A model generated the notes under the pieces. It saw only the letters and a program-made list of their open reading frames with translations, searched no databases and was not told the origin of the DNA. A DNA stretch of 64,000 bases from an uncultured bacterium (GTDB taxonomy: Bacteria > Zixibacteria > MSB-5A5 > UBA10806). This document shows positions 10,085 to 20,931 of this stretch, in pieces. The position numbers were made by a program, and so were the translations under genes. The first letter of the stretch is position 1, and each line of letters begins with the position of its first letter. The stretch lies in contig CBEUCH010000013.1 of the NCBI GenBank assembly GCA_965541585.1, positions 1 through 64,000 on the forward strand. Reading direction: 5' to 3'.

Positions 10085-10870
10085 ATGAAACGCTTCACCC
10101 ACTTCCTCCTCGATGTCGAGGGGACAATCGTCCTCGATAAAAGATACACCCCCGTCCCTGGCGCCGTGAGATGGTTCAATTCTGCGGTCAAATCCGGCAT
10201 CAAGGCCAGGATCGTGACCAACAACACCACCGAATTTCCGCACGATCTATATAAGATCCTTCGCCAAAGAGGATTCGTATTCCTGGAGGAGGATCTTTTC
10301 ACCTGTTTAACTGAAGCAGTTGCCAGAATGAATCGAAAGGGAGTCAAAAGCTGCCTGGTTCTGGGCGTGGAGGCGGTGAAAAAGTATCTCAAAAGCCAGG
10401 GAATCAGGCCGTTGAATTCACCGAAGGTCGATTCGGTCCTGGTCGGCCTCGATCCGACACTGACATATAAGAAGATGAACATGGCGGTGGATGCTATAGT
10501 CAATAATGGTGCAAGATTATATACGCTTCATCGCAACCGGCGTTTCGTCAATGAGAACAGAGAGACGGTCATGTCATCCGGGCCTATCGCAGCGGCGCTC
10601 GAAAACGCCTGCCTGGTCAGGGCCGTAGTTTGCGGCAAGCCGGACAGGAGATTCTTCTTAAGCACAATCAAAGGCTGGGATGTGCCGCCGCAAAAAATTC
10701 TGATGGTATCCGATGATCCTTTCGCCGATTTGGTGGGGGCGAAAAAGATCGGCATGAAAACCTGCTGGGTATTGACCGGCTCGCAGAAGGATAAATCGGT
10801 GGTAAAAAAGATCCCTGAGAATCTCAGGCCGGATTATATCTTAAAAAGCGTGGTGGAAATACCATTGTGA
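10085..10870 (+). CDS. HAD-IIA family hydrolase (NagD-like)
   Basis: DVEGT motif I, TNN, GKP, SDDPFADL. Confidence 0.85.
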   Translation: MKRFTHFLLDVEGTIVLDKRYTPVPGAVRWFNSAVKSGIKARIVTNNTTEFPHDLYKILRQRGFVFLEEDLFTCLTEAVARMNRKGVKSCLVLGVEAVKKYLKSQGIRPLNSPKVDSVLVGLDPTLTYKKMNMAVDAIVNNGARLYTLHRNRRFVNENRETVMSSGPIAAALENACLVRAVVCGKPDRRFFLSTIKGWDVPPQKILMVSDDPFADLVGAKKIGMKTCWVLTGSQKDKSVVKKIPENLRPDYILKSVVEIPL

Positions 10871-11484
10871 GTCTTTTTGCCTCCTCGCGGCAAACATCCA
10901 GATCCACATTCGACAGGTGGGCATCGTTTTATGATAACTCCAGAATCATCGGGCATTTCACCAGGAATTGGGACGACCGGATAGCCAGACTAAATCCTTC
11001 AACACCGATATTGGATCTCGGGTGCGCCACGGGCCGTCTGGCAAACGGGCTGGTTCGCAAGGGGTTTCAGGATGTATACGGGTTAGACATCTCTCTGAAC
11101 TGCCTAAAGATTGCCAAAAAGAAAGCTGGCGATTATCAGTTTTACCCGGCAGAGGGATTTCTCGAGAATCTTCCATTCAAAGATGATTCCTTTTCCACCG
11201 CTATATTCTCAGCTGTATTTCACCATCTGGAGAAACCGCGGGAGGCCATAAGCGAGGCGGTCCGGGTTTTGAAACCGTCAAGCAAACTGATCATCATAGA
11301 AGCCAACTTCATAATCGGGATCAGGCAAATTGTCAACCTGGCATTGGATATCTATCCTATCAGCGGCGACAGGCGATTTTATAGTCCTCAGGGGATAGTC
11401 GGGATGGTCGAAGCCTACGGATTTGTTAAAAAAGGTCTATTCGGAGTTCCGCTTTCCTATATATTGGTATTTGAGAGATGTTGA
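10867..11484 (+). CDS. Class I SAM-dependent methyltransferase
   Basis: LDLGCATG, LPFKDDSF, RVLKP. Confidence 0.85.
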   Translation: MSLFASSRQTSRSTFDRWASFYDNSRIIGHFTRNWDDRIARLNPSTPILDLGCATGRLANGLVRKGFQDVYGLDISLNCLKIAKKKAGDYQFYPAEGFLENLPFKDDSFSTAIFSAVFHHLEKPREAISEAVRVLKPSSKLIIIEANFIIGIRQIVNLALDIYPISGDRRFYSPQGIVGMVEAYGFVKKGLFGVPLSYILVFERC

Positions 11485-12569
11485 AATTCGGTATCATTGG
11501 TCTGCCGCAATCGGGCAAGACCACCGTATTCAATGCTCTTTCAGGCGCGCATGCATCAGTTGGCGATTATTCAACATCGAAAGAGGCGAATATAGCGGTT
11601 GTAAAGGTACCCGATGCGCGGGTTGAACGGGTGGCGGAGATTATCCAACCACAGAAGGCGACTCATGCGGAAATAGAATATATCGATATCGCCGGGCTCA
11701 CCAGGGACGCCTCATCCGATCGCAAAAAAGAAGCGGCCTACATTCACTCCATCAGGCAGGCGGATGCGCTCCTGCAGGTGGTGCGCTGTTTCGAAAATCC
11801 CAATGTGCCGCATGCCGACGGTTCGGTCGATCCGGCCCGGGATATAAGCGAGGTCGATTCGGAGCTGATGCTGGCGGATCTCATCAGCGTGGAAAACCGG
11901 CTGACGAAGCTCGAGCGCGATATAAAGGTCGGTAAGAAGGATAAAGAAGAAAGCGAATCCAAGATCCTGCACAAATTTCAAAAGACCCTGGAGGATGAAA
12001 ACCCATTAAGATCAATTGAGCTTTCCGACGAGGAATCCAGACTGGCGGCCGGATTCGGGTTTCTGACAATGAAACCGATGCTCTATATACTAAACCTCGG
12101 TGAAGACCAGTTGCCGGATCGCCGGAATATGGAGGATAAGTTTAAATATCTATCCGGATTGCCGGGCAGTTCCCTGGCCAGTATCTGTGCCTCCCTGCAG
12201 ATGGATATCGGGGAGATGGACCAATCCGAGCGCGGCGAGTTTATGAAGGAGCTGGGATTGAGCCAGGCCGCCTCGGATATCATCATCAATAAATCGTTCG
12301 AGCTTCTGGGGATGATCTCCTTTATAACCGGCAATGAGCATGAGGTCCGTTCCTGGCCTGTCCGGCGGGGAATCTCTGCCCATGACGCCGCCGGCGCGGT
12401 TCACTCTGATATGAAACGGGGATTCATCAAGGCCGAGGTGGTGGCTTTCGACGATCTCGACCGCCTGGGAAGCTGGTCGAAAACCCGCGATGAGGGCAAG
12501 CTCCATCTTCACGGGAAAGACTATATCGTGCAGGATGGTGATGTGATTCTGTTTCGGTTTAATGTGTAG
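11478..12569 (+). CDS. ychF: Redox-regulated ATPase YchF
   Basis: GLPQSGKTT, DIAGL, VVRCF, GFIKAEV, C-terminal YIVQDGDVILFRFNV. Confidence 0.92.
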   Translation: MLKFGIIGLPQSGKTTVFNALSGAHASVGDYSTSKEANIAVVKVPDARVERVAEIIQPQKATHAEIEYIDIAGLTRDASSDRKKEAAYIHSIRQADALLQVVRCFENPNVPHADGSVDPARDISEVDSELMLADLISVENRLTKLERDIKVGKKDKEESESKILHKFQKTLEDENPLRSIELSDEESRLAAGFGFLTMKPMLYILNLGEDQLPDRRNMEDKFKYLSGLPGSSLASICASLQMDIGEMDQSERGEFMKELGLSQAASDIIINKSFELLGMISFITGNEHEVRSWPVRRGISAHDAAGAVHSDMKRGFIKAEVVAFDDLDRLGSWSKTRDEGKLHLHGKDYIVQDGDVILFRFNV

Positions 12570-12605
12570 TGATTAGACTAGTTTTAAAAGGAATAACGAA
12601 ATCCG

Positions 12606-13216
12606 ATGGACATAGATGACATAAAAGCGCTATATTACATAACGGCAATTGACAATATGGATTCAATCTGTGATCGGGGGATATTGCCCTATAACGAGGC
12701 AAAAAAAATTCCCCATGAATCCATAGCTATGTCGGAGATTCAGGACAGAAGGCTGAAAGTGACGGTGCCTCTTACAGACGGAAAGGGAATATCTCTTCAC
12801 GATTTAGTGCCATTGTATTTTGATTCATGGAATCCTATGCTGTGTAGGAAGAAAGCAGAGAATGAGAAGATTTGTATAATAGCTATTGACAAAAGGATAT
12901 TGGAATTGGCGGGTGTAATCATTGCCGATAGGAATGCTTCAAGAGAATATTGTAAATTTGGGAGCTCCCCGGACGGCCTAAAAAATATCGATAGAGATAT
13001 TGTTTTTGCTAGATATTGGACAGATCCGGACGACATCGTACAGTATGATAAGAAAGGGATAAAATGTGCAGAAGCACTTGTACCCAAGAATGTTCCAAAG
13101 AAATATTTTAGAGGTGCAATAGTTGTAAAGATGAATCCGCCATAAAATTAAAGGAAAAAATCGGAGACAGGATTAAGGATTTCACGATATTAGTGGACAG
13201 GAGTAGATTCTTCTAA
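12606..13216 (+). CDS. darT: DarT (DUF4433) ssDNA ADP-ribosyltransferase toxin; frame 0 stops at 13145, -1 frame continues to 13216
   Basis: LYYIT..NM.SI...GIL, HDLVPLYF...NPML, DRNAS, AEALV (catalytic Glu); directly upstream of a macrodomain gene. Confidence 0.8.
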
Positions 13217-13231
13217 TTACAGGTGTCTCAA

Positions 13232-14350
13232 ATGGTAAATCTTATCAAGGGTAATATCTTTAAGTCTAACTGTCAAACTCTCGTCAATACGGTGAATTGC
13301 GTAGGGGTAATGGGGAAAGGTATAGCATTGGGCTTTAAAGAAAGATATCCGGAGATGTTCGCTGATTACCTGATGCGTTGTAACCAAGGGCAAGTAAAAC
13401 TGGGGAAACCCTACCTATTCAAAAGAAAGACCAAACCTTGGGTTATTAATTTCCCAACAAAAGATCACTGGCGCTCAGTTTCCAGACTTGAGGATATAAC
13501 TAAAGGTTTAGAGTTCATTAACAAAAATTACAGAAAGTGGGGGATTGAAACAATTGCCTTTCCGCCTCTCGGCAGCGGATTGGGGCAACTAAATTGGGAC
13601 ATTGTGGGACCAACTCTATACAAATATCTAAAGATGCTGGATATTCCAGTTGAATTATATGTCCCAAAAGAAACAGCTTTTGATCAAATGACCATGGAAT
13701 TTTTGGATAAAACGCCAGGATCATCTCTTATATACGATTATGATACCAAGAATAATAAGATCGAACCGGGGATGATTGCTATAGTCGAAATCTTGTCCAA
13801 TCTTGAAAAAGAACCTTATCGCTGGCCATTAGGAAGAACGTCGTTTCAAAAGATAGCATATTTCGCTACAGAATATGGGCTCGAAACAGGTTTGCAGTTT
13901 TCCAAGAGCAGTTTTGGACCGTTCGCCCCCGATTTCAAAGCAGAACTGACAAAACTCGTTAATAACGGATTAGTTAAAGAAGACAAATTGGGAAGAATGT
14001 TCGCAATTAGAGTGGGGCCGACTTATACAAACGCACGAAGTCAATATGAAGGCTATTTGAGAAAATACAATGACATAATAGAACGACTAACGGATTTATT
14101 TCTAAGAATGCGAAATACAAAGCAAGCTGAGGCAGCAGCAACGATTCATTATGCTGCATCGCATCTGGTTGAACCTGTAGATAAGAAGCCCACGGAAAGG
14201 GATGTTTTTGACGCAGTCATCAATTGGAAAAAGCGCAGACGTCCTAAACTGGATCAGAAAGAAATTGCTGTGACTATTCGGAATTTAGCTTCTTTAGGTT
14301 GGCTTGATGTTCGCCCAAGCGCTCAGTTGGATGTCCCTTCCCAGTTTTAG
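13232..14350 (+). CDS. darG: DarG macrodomain antitoxin
   Basis: NTVNCVGVMGKGIA, NFPTKDHW, PPLGSGLGQL, followed by a DarG-like C-terminal domain (FQKIAYF...GPF). Confidence 0.88.
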   Translation: MVNLIKGNIFKSNCQTLVNTVNCVGVMGKGIALGFKERYPEMFADYLMRCNQGQVKLGKPYLFKRKTKPWVINFPTKDHWRSVSRLEDITKGLEFINKNYRKWGIETIAFPPLGSGLGQLNWDIVGPTLYKYLKMLDIPVELYVPKETAFDQMTMEFLDKTPGSSLIYDYDTKNNKIEPGMIAIVEILSNLEKEPYRWPLGRTSFQKIAYFATEYGLETGLQFSKSSFGPFAPDFKAELTKLVNNGLVKEDKLGRMFAIRVGPTYTNARSQYEGYLRKYNDIIERLTDLFLRMRNTKQAEAAATIHYAASHLVEPVDKKPTERDVFDAVINWKKRRRPKLDQKEIAVTIRNLASLGWLDVRPSAQLDVPSQF

Positions 14351-14395
14351 TTATGGTTGTTTACACCAGTGGTACGTTATTTGAGGGGATATGCA

Positions 14396-14704
14396 ATGTT
14401 TGAACTAGGCAAAATACAGTTCCGCAATTTCTCGATGGAGATAAAGACGCGGCCGATTCCGAATAGCTTTTTGATCCTCTTTTCCGGCAGCACCGATATC
14501 GATTCGAAAGGCTGGGAGACACCGTCGGGCGATAGAAAGAGGCTCGAGAACGATTTTAAATTTATGTGGAACCCGTTGGATGCACCTTCGAGTAAGAAAG
14601 GTGAGTACGTGGTGAAGTTTTCCTCGGAGGAACGATTAAAGAAATTTGCCGAATGGCTCGATAAACAGATCAGGCAGTATGGAGGAGTCAGGGACGATAA
14701 ATAG
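14396..14704 (+). CDS. Hypothetical protein
   Basis: ORF with SD GAGGGG before ATG 14396; no recognised motif. Confidence 0.55.
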   Translation: MFELGKIQFRNFSMEIKTRPIPNSFLILFSGSTDIDSKGWETPSGDRKRLENDFKFMWNPLDAPSSKKGEYVVKFSSEERLKKFAEWLDKQIRQYGGVRDDK

Positions 14705-14762
14705 TCCGGATACGATCTGTTCTGGAGTTTGATGATAGTGATAAATTATCGCGGGAGGCGGT

Positions 14763-17279
14763 TTGGCTAACGGCGCTGTGAAGCAGGATCAACAGAACGA
14801 AGTAAGCATAGATAAGAAGCTGATCGAAAAGACAGAGCTTTCGATACTTCCTTTGAAATCGGCGGTGGTTTTCCCGTCGCTGGTTGTGCCGCTGATGATA
14901 ACCGAGGCCAGGTATGCCAAGCTGATCGATGACGCCCTGATGGAGGGCAACCCCATCGTGCTCGTATCTCAGAAGGATCCCGAGGAGGAGCTTCCTCCTC
15001 CCGATCATCTATATAAGGTAGGCACCGCCGGATCGATATTGAAAATGCTCAGGTTCCCCGACGGCTCGGTGAGATTTCTGGTGCAGGGGATGGCGCGGGT
15101 TAAGATCGAGGCCTTTACCGCAACCGAGCCCTATTTCAAAGGCCGGGTCAAATTTATAGACGAGACCTCCACCAGGAACGTGGAGGAAGAAGCGCTGGTC
15201 CGGAATATCAACGAGCAGTTAAAAAAAGTGGTTCAGCTGGCGCCGTATCTCCCGGATGATCTTCAGGTGACCGCCATGAACACCGAGGAGCCATCCAGGC
15301 TGGCCGACCTGGTAGCCTCCAATCTCAATATCTCCAACGATCAAAAACAGGAGATCCTGGAGTTGTTCGATGTCGGCGAGCGTCTGAAAAAACTGACCAT
15401 CCTGATCACCAAGGAGATCGAGGTTCTGGAGATGTCCAAGAAGATCCAGTCGGAGGCGGCCAGCGAGATGGGCAAGTCCCAGCGGGAATACATCTTGAGA
15501 GAGCAATTGAAGGCCATCAAACGGGAGCTTGGTGAGACGGACGATCACACCATGGAACTTGAGGAGTTCAAGAAGAAAATCGAGGTCGCCAGGATGCCGG
15601 ACGAGGCCAGGGAAACCTCCGAAAAGGAATTGGACAGGCTTTCAAAAATGAATCCCTCGGCAGCAGAATACACTGTCAGCAGAACATACCTCGACTGGCT
15701 GGTAACGCTGCCCTGGTCGATTTTCACCCGGGATATTCTCAATATAAGGAAAGCTCAGAAGATTCTCGATGAGGATCATTACGATCTTGAAAAGGTCAAG
15801 GAACGCATCCTCGAATATCTGGCGGTGCGCAAGCTCAAATCCGACCTGAAAGGTCCCATCCTTTGTTTCGTCGGTCCGCCGGGAGTAGGCAAAACTTCAT
15901 TGGGACGATCGATAGCCCGCGCCATGGGCCGGGAATTTCATAGAATCTCTTTAGGCGGCGTGCGAGATGAGGCCGAAATCAGGGGACATCGCCGGACCTA
16001 TATCGGTGCCCTGCCGGGCCGTGTCATACAGGGTCTCCGGAAGGCCGGTTCCAACAATCCGATATTCATGTTGGATGAGATAGATAAGATCGGGCAGGAT
16101 TTCAGAGGCGATCCGGCTTCCGCCTTGCTTGAGGTTTTAGATCCGGAACAAAACAATACGTTTTCAGATCATTACCTCGATGTCGTATTCGATCTTTCGA
16201 AAGTGATGTTTATCACCACCGCCAACGTGGTCGAAACGATCCCGCCGGTATTGCTCGACAGGATGGAGGTCATCCAACTCACCGGGTATACTGATATGGA
16301 AAAGCTGGCCATCGCAAGGAAATACCTCATCCCGAGAAACCTCACCGATCACGGCCTTAATCACTCCCAACTCAGCATTGCCGATTCCGCCATCAAGAAG
16401 TTGATTTCCGATTATACCCGTGAATCGGGCCTTCGCAACCTGCATCGGGAAATCGGCGCCGTCTGCCGTAAGGTGGCAAGGAAAATAGCTTCCGGCGAGA
16501 CGGGTAAGATGAAAATCGATCACGGTAAGGTTCGTGAGTTTCTGGGGCCGGAGAGATTTTTCCGGGAGGAGACCGAGCAGAGATCGCGAGTCGGTGTGGT
16601 GCCGGCGCTGGCCTGGACGTCGGCTGGTGGCGAGATCCTGTTCGTGGAGGCCACCAGGATGCCCGGCAAGAAACAATTGACCCTGACTGGCCAGCTTGGC
16701 GATATCATGAAGGAATCGGTCAAGGCGGCGCTATCATATCTCCGGTCTCACAGCGACGATCTGGGCATTCCGGCTGAGGAATTCGAAAATCACGATTACC
16801 ACGTGCACGTGCCTGCCGGGGCCACACCCAAAGACGGGCCGTCGGCGGGGATTACAATGTGTACGGCATTGGCCTCGGCTATTCTCAATAAGCCGACCGC
16901 ATCCTGCATGGCCATGACAGGGGAGATCACTCTCCGCGGCGACGTTCTGCCGATCGGCGGCATCAAGCAAAAAGCGCTGGCAGCTTATCGGGCCGGGATT
17001 AAAAAGGTCTTGATTCCCAAAAAGAACCAGGGCGACCTCGAGGAAGTGCCGAAGGAGATAAAATCCAGGGTTAAATTCGTGCTGGTGGAGCGCGTCAGCG
17101 ATGTGCTCTGGCATGCCCTGGGGATCAAGATGAAATCCGAGCAACCGGCGCCAAAAAAACCGGCCCCAAGATGCGCCAGCCCGCCGAAAAAGGCGTCAAA
17201 GAAAAAGAAAGTTGCAAAGAAAAAGACCGCAAAGAAGAAAGCGGCAAAGAAGAAGGCCAAACGAGCCAGAAGGCGATAG
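14763..17279 (+). CDS. lon: ATP-dependent protease La with Lys/Ala-rich C-terminal tail
   Basis: [23 protein letters not shown] catalytic Ser, LON N-domain. Confidence 0.97.
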   Translation: MANGAVKQDQQNEVSIDKKLIEKTELSILPLKSAVVFPSLVVPLMITEARYAKLIDDALMEGNPIVLVSQKDPEEELPPPDHLYKVGTAGSILKMLRFPDGSVRFLVQGMARVKIEAFTATEPYFKGRVKFIDETSTRNVEEEALVRNINEQLKKVVQLAPYLPDDLQVTAMNTEEPSRLADLVASNLNISNDQKQEILELFDVGERLKKLTILITKEIEVLEMSKKIQSEAASEMGKSQREYILREQLKAIKRELGETDDHTMELEEFKKKIEVARMPDEARETSEKELDRLSKMNPSAAEYTVSRTYLDWLVTLPWSIFTRDILNIRKAQKILDEDHYDLEKVKERILEYLAVRKLKSDLKGPILCFVGPPGVGKTSLGRSIARAMGREFHRISLGGVRDEAEIRGHRRTYIGALPGRVIQGLRKAGSNNPIFMLDEIDKIGQDFRGDPASALLEVLDPEQNNTFSDHYLDVVFDLSKVMFITTANVVETIPPVLLDRMEVIQLTGYTDMEKLAIARKYLIPRNLTDHGLNHSQLSIADSAIKKLISDYTRESGLRNLHREIGAVCRKVARKIASGETGKMKIDHGKVREFLGPERFFREETEQRSRVGVVPALAWTSAGGEILFVEATRMPGKKQLTLTGQLGDIMKESVKAALSYLRSHSDDLGIPAEEFENHDYHVHVPAGATPKDGPSAGITMCTALASAILNKPTASCMAMTGEITLRGDVLPIGGIKQKALAAYRAGIKKVLIPKKNQGDLEEVPKEIKSRVKFVLVERVSDVLWHALGIKMKSEQPAPKKPAPRCASPPKKASKKKKVAKKKTAKKKAAKKKAKRARRR

Positions 17280-17286
17280 AATTATA

Positions 17287-17306
17287 AAGCCCGGGCAACC
17301 GGGCTT
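17287..17306. terminator. Bidirectional terminator hairpin
   Basis: AAGCCCGG-GCAA-CCGGGCTT between convergent genes. Confidence 0.7.
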
Positions 17307-18651
17307 ATTTTATAAGCAGCATCTTTCTGGTCTCTGAATTATCCCCCGCCTGAATGCGGTAGAAGTAAATTCCGGACGATCTAACAGTGGCATCCCAGAC
17401 TACATGATGAATACCGGGCGACTTCTTGCTGTTGACGATTGTCCCAACTCTGCGGCCTAAGATGTCGTAGATGTCAATTTTTACATCTGACGCTTGAGAT
17501 AATGAGTATCTTATCACTGTTGAAGCGTTAAAGGGATTCGGATAACTGTTCAATACCTCAAAATCTCTGTTAACAGGTACAGGATAATCGTGAATGCCGG
17601 TAGACAAATCCTTTATTCCGTAATAAAAGCCTCTATTGTCGGTTCTACTATAATGTAAATGCAGCGATGATTGAGAATCCGCACCAAGATCGTGAGGCAT
17701 GAATGGGCCCACGGCCAAGGTATCATACAACCAGGAATCCTGTACCCTATAAGCATGAATCATAGCCCTGTTTTCAGGAGGGTATCCTCCTATATAGAGA
17801 ATCAAGTGTGGTATATTGTCGGTACCATAGGCGAAAGGCAAGGCTCCCGTACCACCATAGGAAGTATCAAAAAACGTGGTATCCCACGAAGAGCCATTGA
17901 ATTCCAGAAAACCTTGTTTAATGCCTCCCCCCGGTGGGTGATAATTATAAGTAATCGCTGGCCGCTGATTGCCATCCAGGTCCATATTAACAGTTCCCTG
18001 GATGTTGTTATCATTCAAGACGATGTGAAACCAATCGGGATTATCATGAGCATACCCAACGGCAACTGGTATATTTCCAGCCATAGCGAGATGAATATTG
18101 TCAAAAAGATCAATTCTCATTGAAAGGTGTGCCAGATAAGGGAAAAAGGTCAGCACCTGCTCTACCTGCCAGGCGGAATCCTCTCTCATAATGTGAAAGA
18201 TTTGTCCAGTAACGTATGCACCTGCGATGATATGAGGAATACCGCTATTATCTATGCGGACTCTAGAGGTGAGATAAGGTGCGATGCCAACATAAATTGT
18301 ATCTATGTAGGTGGTGTCTTGATTCGTGAACATATAGTAGACAACATTCTCACCACCCTGGGTTAGATGAAAACTCCCTTCTGGATCTATATCCAAGCCC
18401 TGCGGGATGAAATAGATGCCGTAATCAACTAAATCCCACCCCGAATCAATCTTATAAAATTGCATTAGATGTCCAGTATCTAAACTAAAGAAGAAAATAT
18501 GTGGGAGATTCTGTTGATCCAGAATCATACGGCGATGGTGAGAAGGGCCCATCGTGCTGTCAATACACTCAAGTTGCCAGTCTTGAGGATAAGCCAATGG
18601 TGTCAATAATAACAGGAAGATCAAAGACAATAATTTTTTACTCTTTTGCAT
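17305..18651 (-). CDS. Secreted beta-propeller-like protein with T9SS-type CTD
   Basis: Signal peptide, repeated D..g.PHI motifs, SYPNPFN...RKMLLIK. Confidence 0.75.
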   Translation of the reverse strand: MQKSKKLLSLIFLLLLTPLAYPQDWQLECIDSTMGPSHHRRMILDQQNLPHIFFFSLDTGHLMQFYKIDSGWDLVDYGIYFIPQGLDIDPEGSFHLTQGGENVVYYMFTNQDTTYIDTIYVGIAPYLTSRVRIDNSGIPHIIAGAYVTGQIFHIMREDSAWQVEQVLTFFPYLAHLSMRIDLFDNIHLAMAGNIPVAVGYAHDNPDWFHIVLNDNNIQGTVNMDLDGNQRPAITYNYHPPGGGIKQGFLEFNGSSWDTTFFDTSYGGTGALPFAYGTDNIPHLILYIGGYPPENRAMIHAYRVQDSWLYDTLAVGPFMPHDLGADSQSSLHLHYSRTDNRGFYYGIKDLSTGIHDYPVPVNRDFEVLNSYPNPFNASTVIRYSLSQASDVKIDIYDILGRRVGTIVNSKKSPGIHHVVWDATVRSSGIYFYRIQAGDNSETRKMLLIK

Positions 18652-18660
18652 ATTTCAAAC

Positions 18661-20931
18661 CTATTTCAACAGCATCATCTTTCTTGTTTCCGAATGGTCC
18701 CCTGCCTGAATCCTGAAAAAGAAAATGCCTGATGATTTATCAATAGCATCCCAGACGGCCTGATGATAACCCGCCGGCTGTCTTTCATTCACTAACGTCT
18801 CGATTTTGCGGCCGAGGATGTCATAAATATCAATAGCGACTTCCGAGGGTTCTGGCAGACTGTAGCGGATAACGGTCATGGCATTGAACGGGTTGGGGTA
18901 GTTTTGAGATATAGAGAATTCCTCCGGCGATGGAATATCAGGAAAATCGATTCCTACCGTCACCGAATCACCGCCGCCATAGGCGCCCATGTCGCTCAGA
19001 GTTGTGCCCAATCCCCATGAGCATTCCAGCAGGCTGTCTATAATGGCCGGACTGCCAGCGTCTATGCATGGGGAGTCATGACTATATCCGCAATCTGAGG
19101 ATTTCAAACGAAAATCATAATTCCCGGAATTGCGAAATTTAGGATTAGCAACGATATTTCCGGTTCCAGGCCAGCCATTCTGAATATCACAATAAGTGAA
19201 ATTTGGGTTGGCAGGTCCATCGACATAAATCTGATATGGGACATTATTCCATAAAATTGTGTTTATTACCTCGGGATGAGAAACTCCCCAGCAGGCGATT
19301 CCTCCTCCCAAAGGTGCTCTATTGCGATAAAAGATATTATTGATTATCAGAGAATTAGAAAAATAACATGCAATTCCACCGCCATAAAGCTCGCATAAAT
19401 TATAAACAATAACATTTTGGGAAATTGTGGCATCCGAAAATGAACAGTAAATAGCGCCCCCCTTATAAGTGGCGGAATTATTCCGGATGATATTTTTGAT
19501 AATATGAGGATTCGCATGGAAACAATCGATTGCCCCACCGCCCCGTGCAGCAATATTATTTTCTATAATGTTATTTTCAATAACAGGGCTGGATTGAAAG
19601 ATCTGGAAAGCTGCGCCATTATCTGAAAAGCCATTTTGAATTGTAAACCCTGTAATTACAGTTGAATTGTCCTCTTGATTTATTATAGAAATAACTGAAC
19701 CAACCGTGCCTCCGTCTATTATGGTTGACGATAAATAAGCTACATCACCAGTGGTCAAAAACAACGAGCCGAGCACAATATTATGGCCGTTGAAATTGAT
19801 ATTCTCGACATATGTTCCCGGCTGGACCAGAACAGTGTCGCCGTGGATGGAGGCATCGATGCCCTGCTGGATTGTTGGGAAGTCATCGGGGATATCAATG
19901 ATATGGTCGTAATAGTCCATAGATATACCGCCGCCGTAGGCTCCTATGTCGCTCCATCTTGCTCCGAGTCCCCATGAACAACCCATTAGACTATCTGCAA
20001 TGGTGGGATTTCCCGCATCTATGCATGGAGAATTTTCGGGATCCTCGCATTCGATGGACATCAAGTGATAGTCGCCATTCTCCATGTTCCGGAATAACGG
20101 ATCTACATCGATATTGCCATTGCCTTCTACGCCGCCCTGGATATCGCAATAGGTGATTACAGGATTTCCGCTTGCTATATATATTTCGTTGCCGCTAACA
20201 CCCGCGCTGTCTGCCCAGCATATTGTGTTACTAATAATAGGGTCGGACGAGATGATAAAAAGGGCTCCGCCTGTGACGGTCGCATAATTATTCGTAAATA
20301 TAGTATTAATTAAGGAGGGATTAGAATACATCGAACAATAGGCACCAGCCCCGATCTGAGCGGAATTTGTTCTTATTGTATTATTGGATATAACCGGATC
20401 TGAGTAATAATCGATTAAAATCCCTCCGCCAATAAGGGCTGCGGAATTGAAGCTTATCACGTTGTTGCTTATTTTGGGAACGGCATTACTACAATAAATC
20501 CCTCCGCCGAATTCAGCCACAGAGTTTAGCGTAATTTTGTTATAAGAAATGATAGGAGATGAAATGCGACAATATATTCCACCGCCCCAATTTGCATGTC
20601 CATTGTAAACCGTAAATCCCGTAATAATTGTTGTGCTATCTTCATGACTTTCAAAAGTCACCACCGACCCCGACGAATCCCCATCGATAATCGTCTCCGA
20701 TATATACGTTGTATCCCCTGTAGTCAAGAACAGCGACCCAAGAACTATATTATGCCCGTTGAAATTGATGTTCTCCACATACGTTCCTGGTTGCACGAGT
20801 ACAGTATCGCCGTCGGTGGAGGCATCTATGCCCTCCTGGATGGTGGGGTAATCATCAGGGATGTTTATAACCGTGGCAAAGGCGGGCAGGCAGATTATTG
20901 CGGAAAATAATATTGTATAACGAATTATCAT
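18661..20931 (-). CDS. Secreted protein with two tandem beta-helix units and T9SS-type CTD
   Basis: Two copies of IPDD(Y/F)PTIQxGID...SPCIDAG...D(I/M)GAYGG; QNYPNPFN tail. Confidence 0.85.
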   Translation of the reverse strand: MIIRYTILFSAIICLPAFATVINIPDDYPTIQEGIDASTDGDTVLVQPGTYVENINFNGHNIVLGSLFLTTGDTTYISETIIDGDSSGSVVTFESHEDSTTIITGFTVYNGHANWGGGIYCRISSPIISYNKITLNSVAEFGGGIYCSNAVPKISNNVISFNSAALIGGGILIDYYSDPVISNNTIRTNSAQIGAGAYCSMYSNPSLINTIFTNNYATVTGGALFIISSDPIISNTICWADSAGVSGNEIYIASGNPVITYCDIQGGVEGNGNIDVDPLFRNMENGDYHLMSIECEDPENSPCIDAGNPTIADSLMGCSWGLGARWSDIGAYGGGISMDYYDHIIDIPDDFPTIQQGIDASIHGDTVLVQPGTYVENINFNGHNIVLGSLFLTTGDVAYLSSTIIDGGTVGSVISIINQEDNSTVITGFTIQNGFSDNGAAFQIFQSSPVIENNIIENNIAARGGGAIDCFHANPHIIKNIIRNNSATYKGGAIYCSFSDATISQNVIVYNLCELYGGGIACYFSNSLIINNIFYRNRAPLGGGIACWGVSHPEVINTILWNNVPYQIYVDGPANPNFTYCDIQNGWPGTGNIVANPKFRNSGNYDFRLKSSDCGYSHDSPCIDAGSPAIIDSLLECSWGLGTTLSDMGAYGGGDSVTVGIDFPDIPSPEEFSISQNYPNPFNAMTVIRYSLPEPSEVAIDIYDILGRKIETLVNERQPAGYHQAVWDAIDKSSGIFFFRIQAGDHSETRKMMLLK

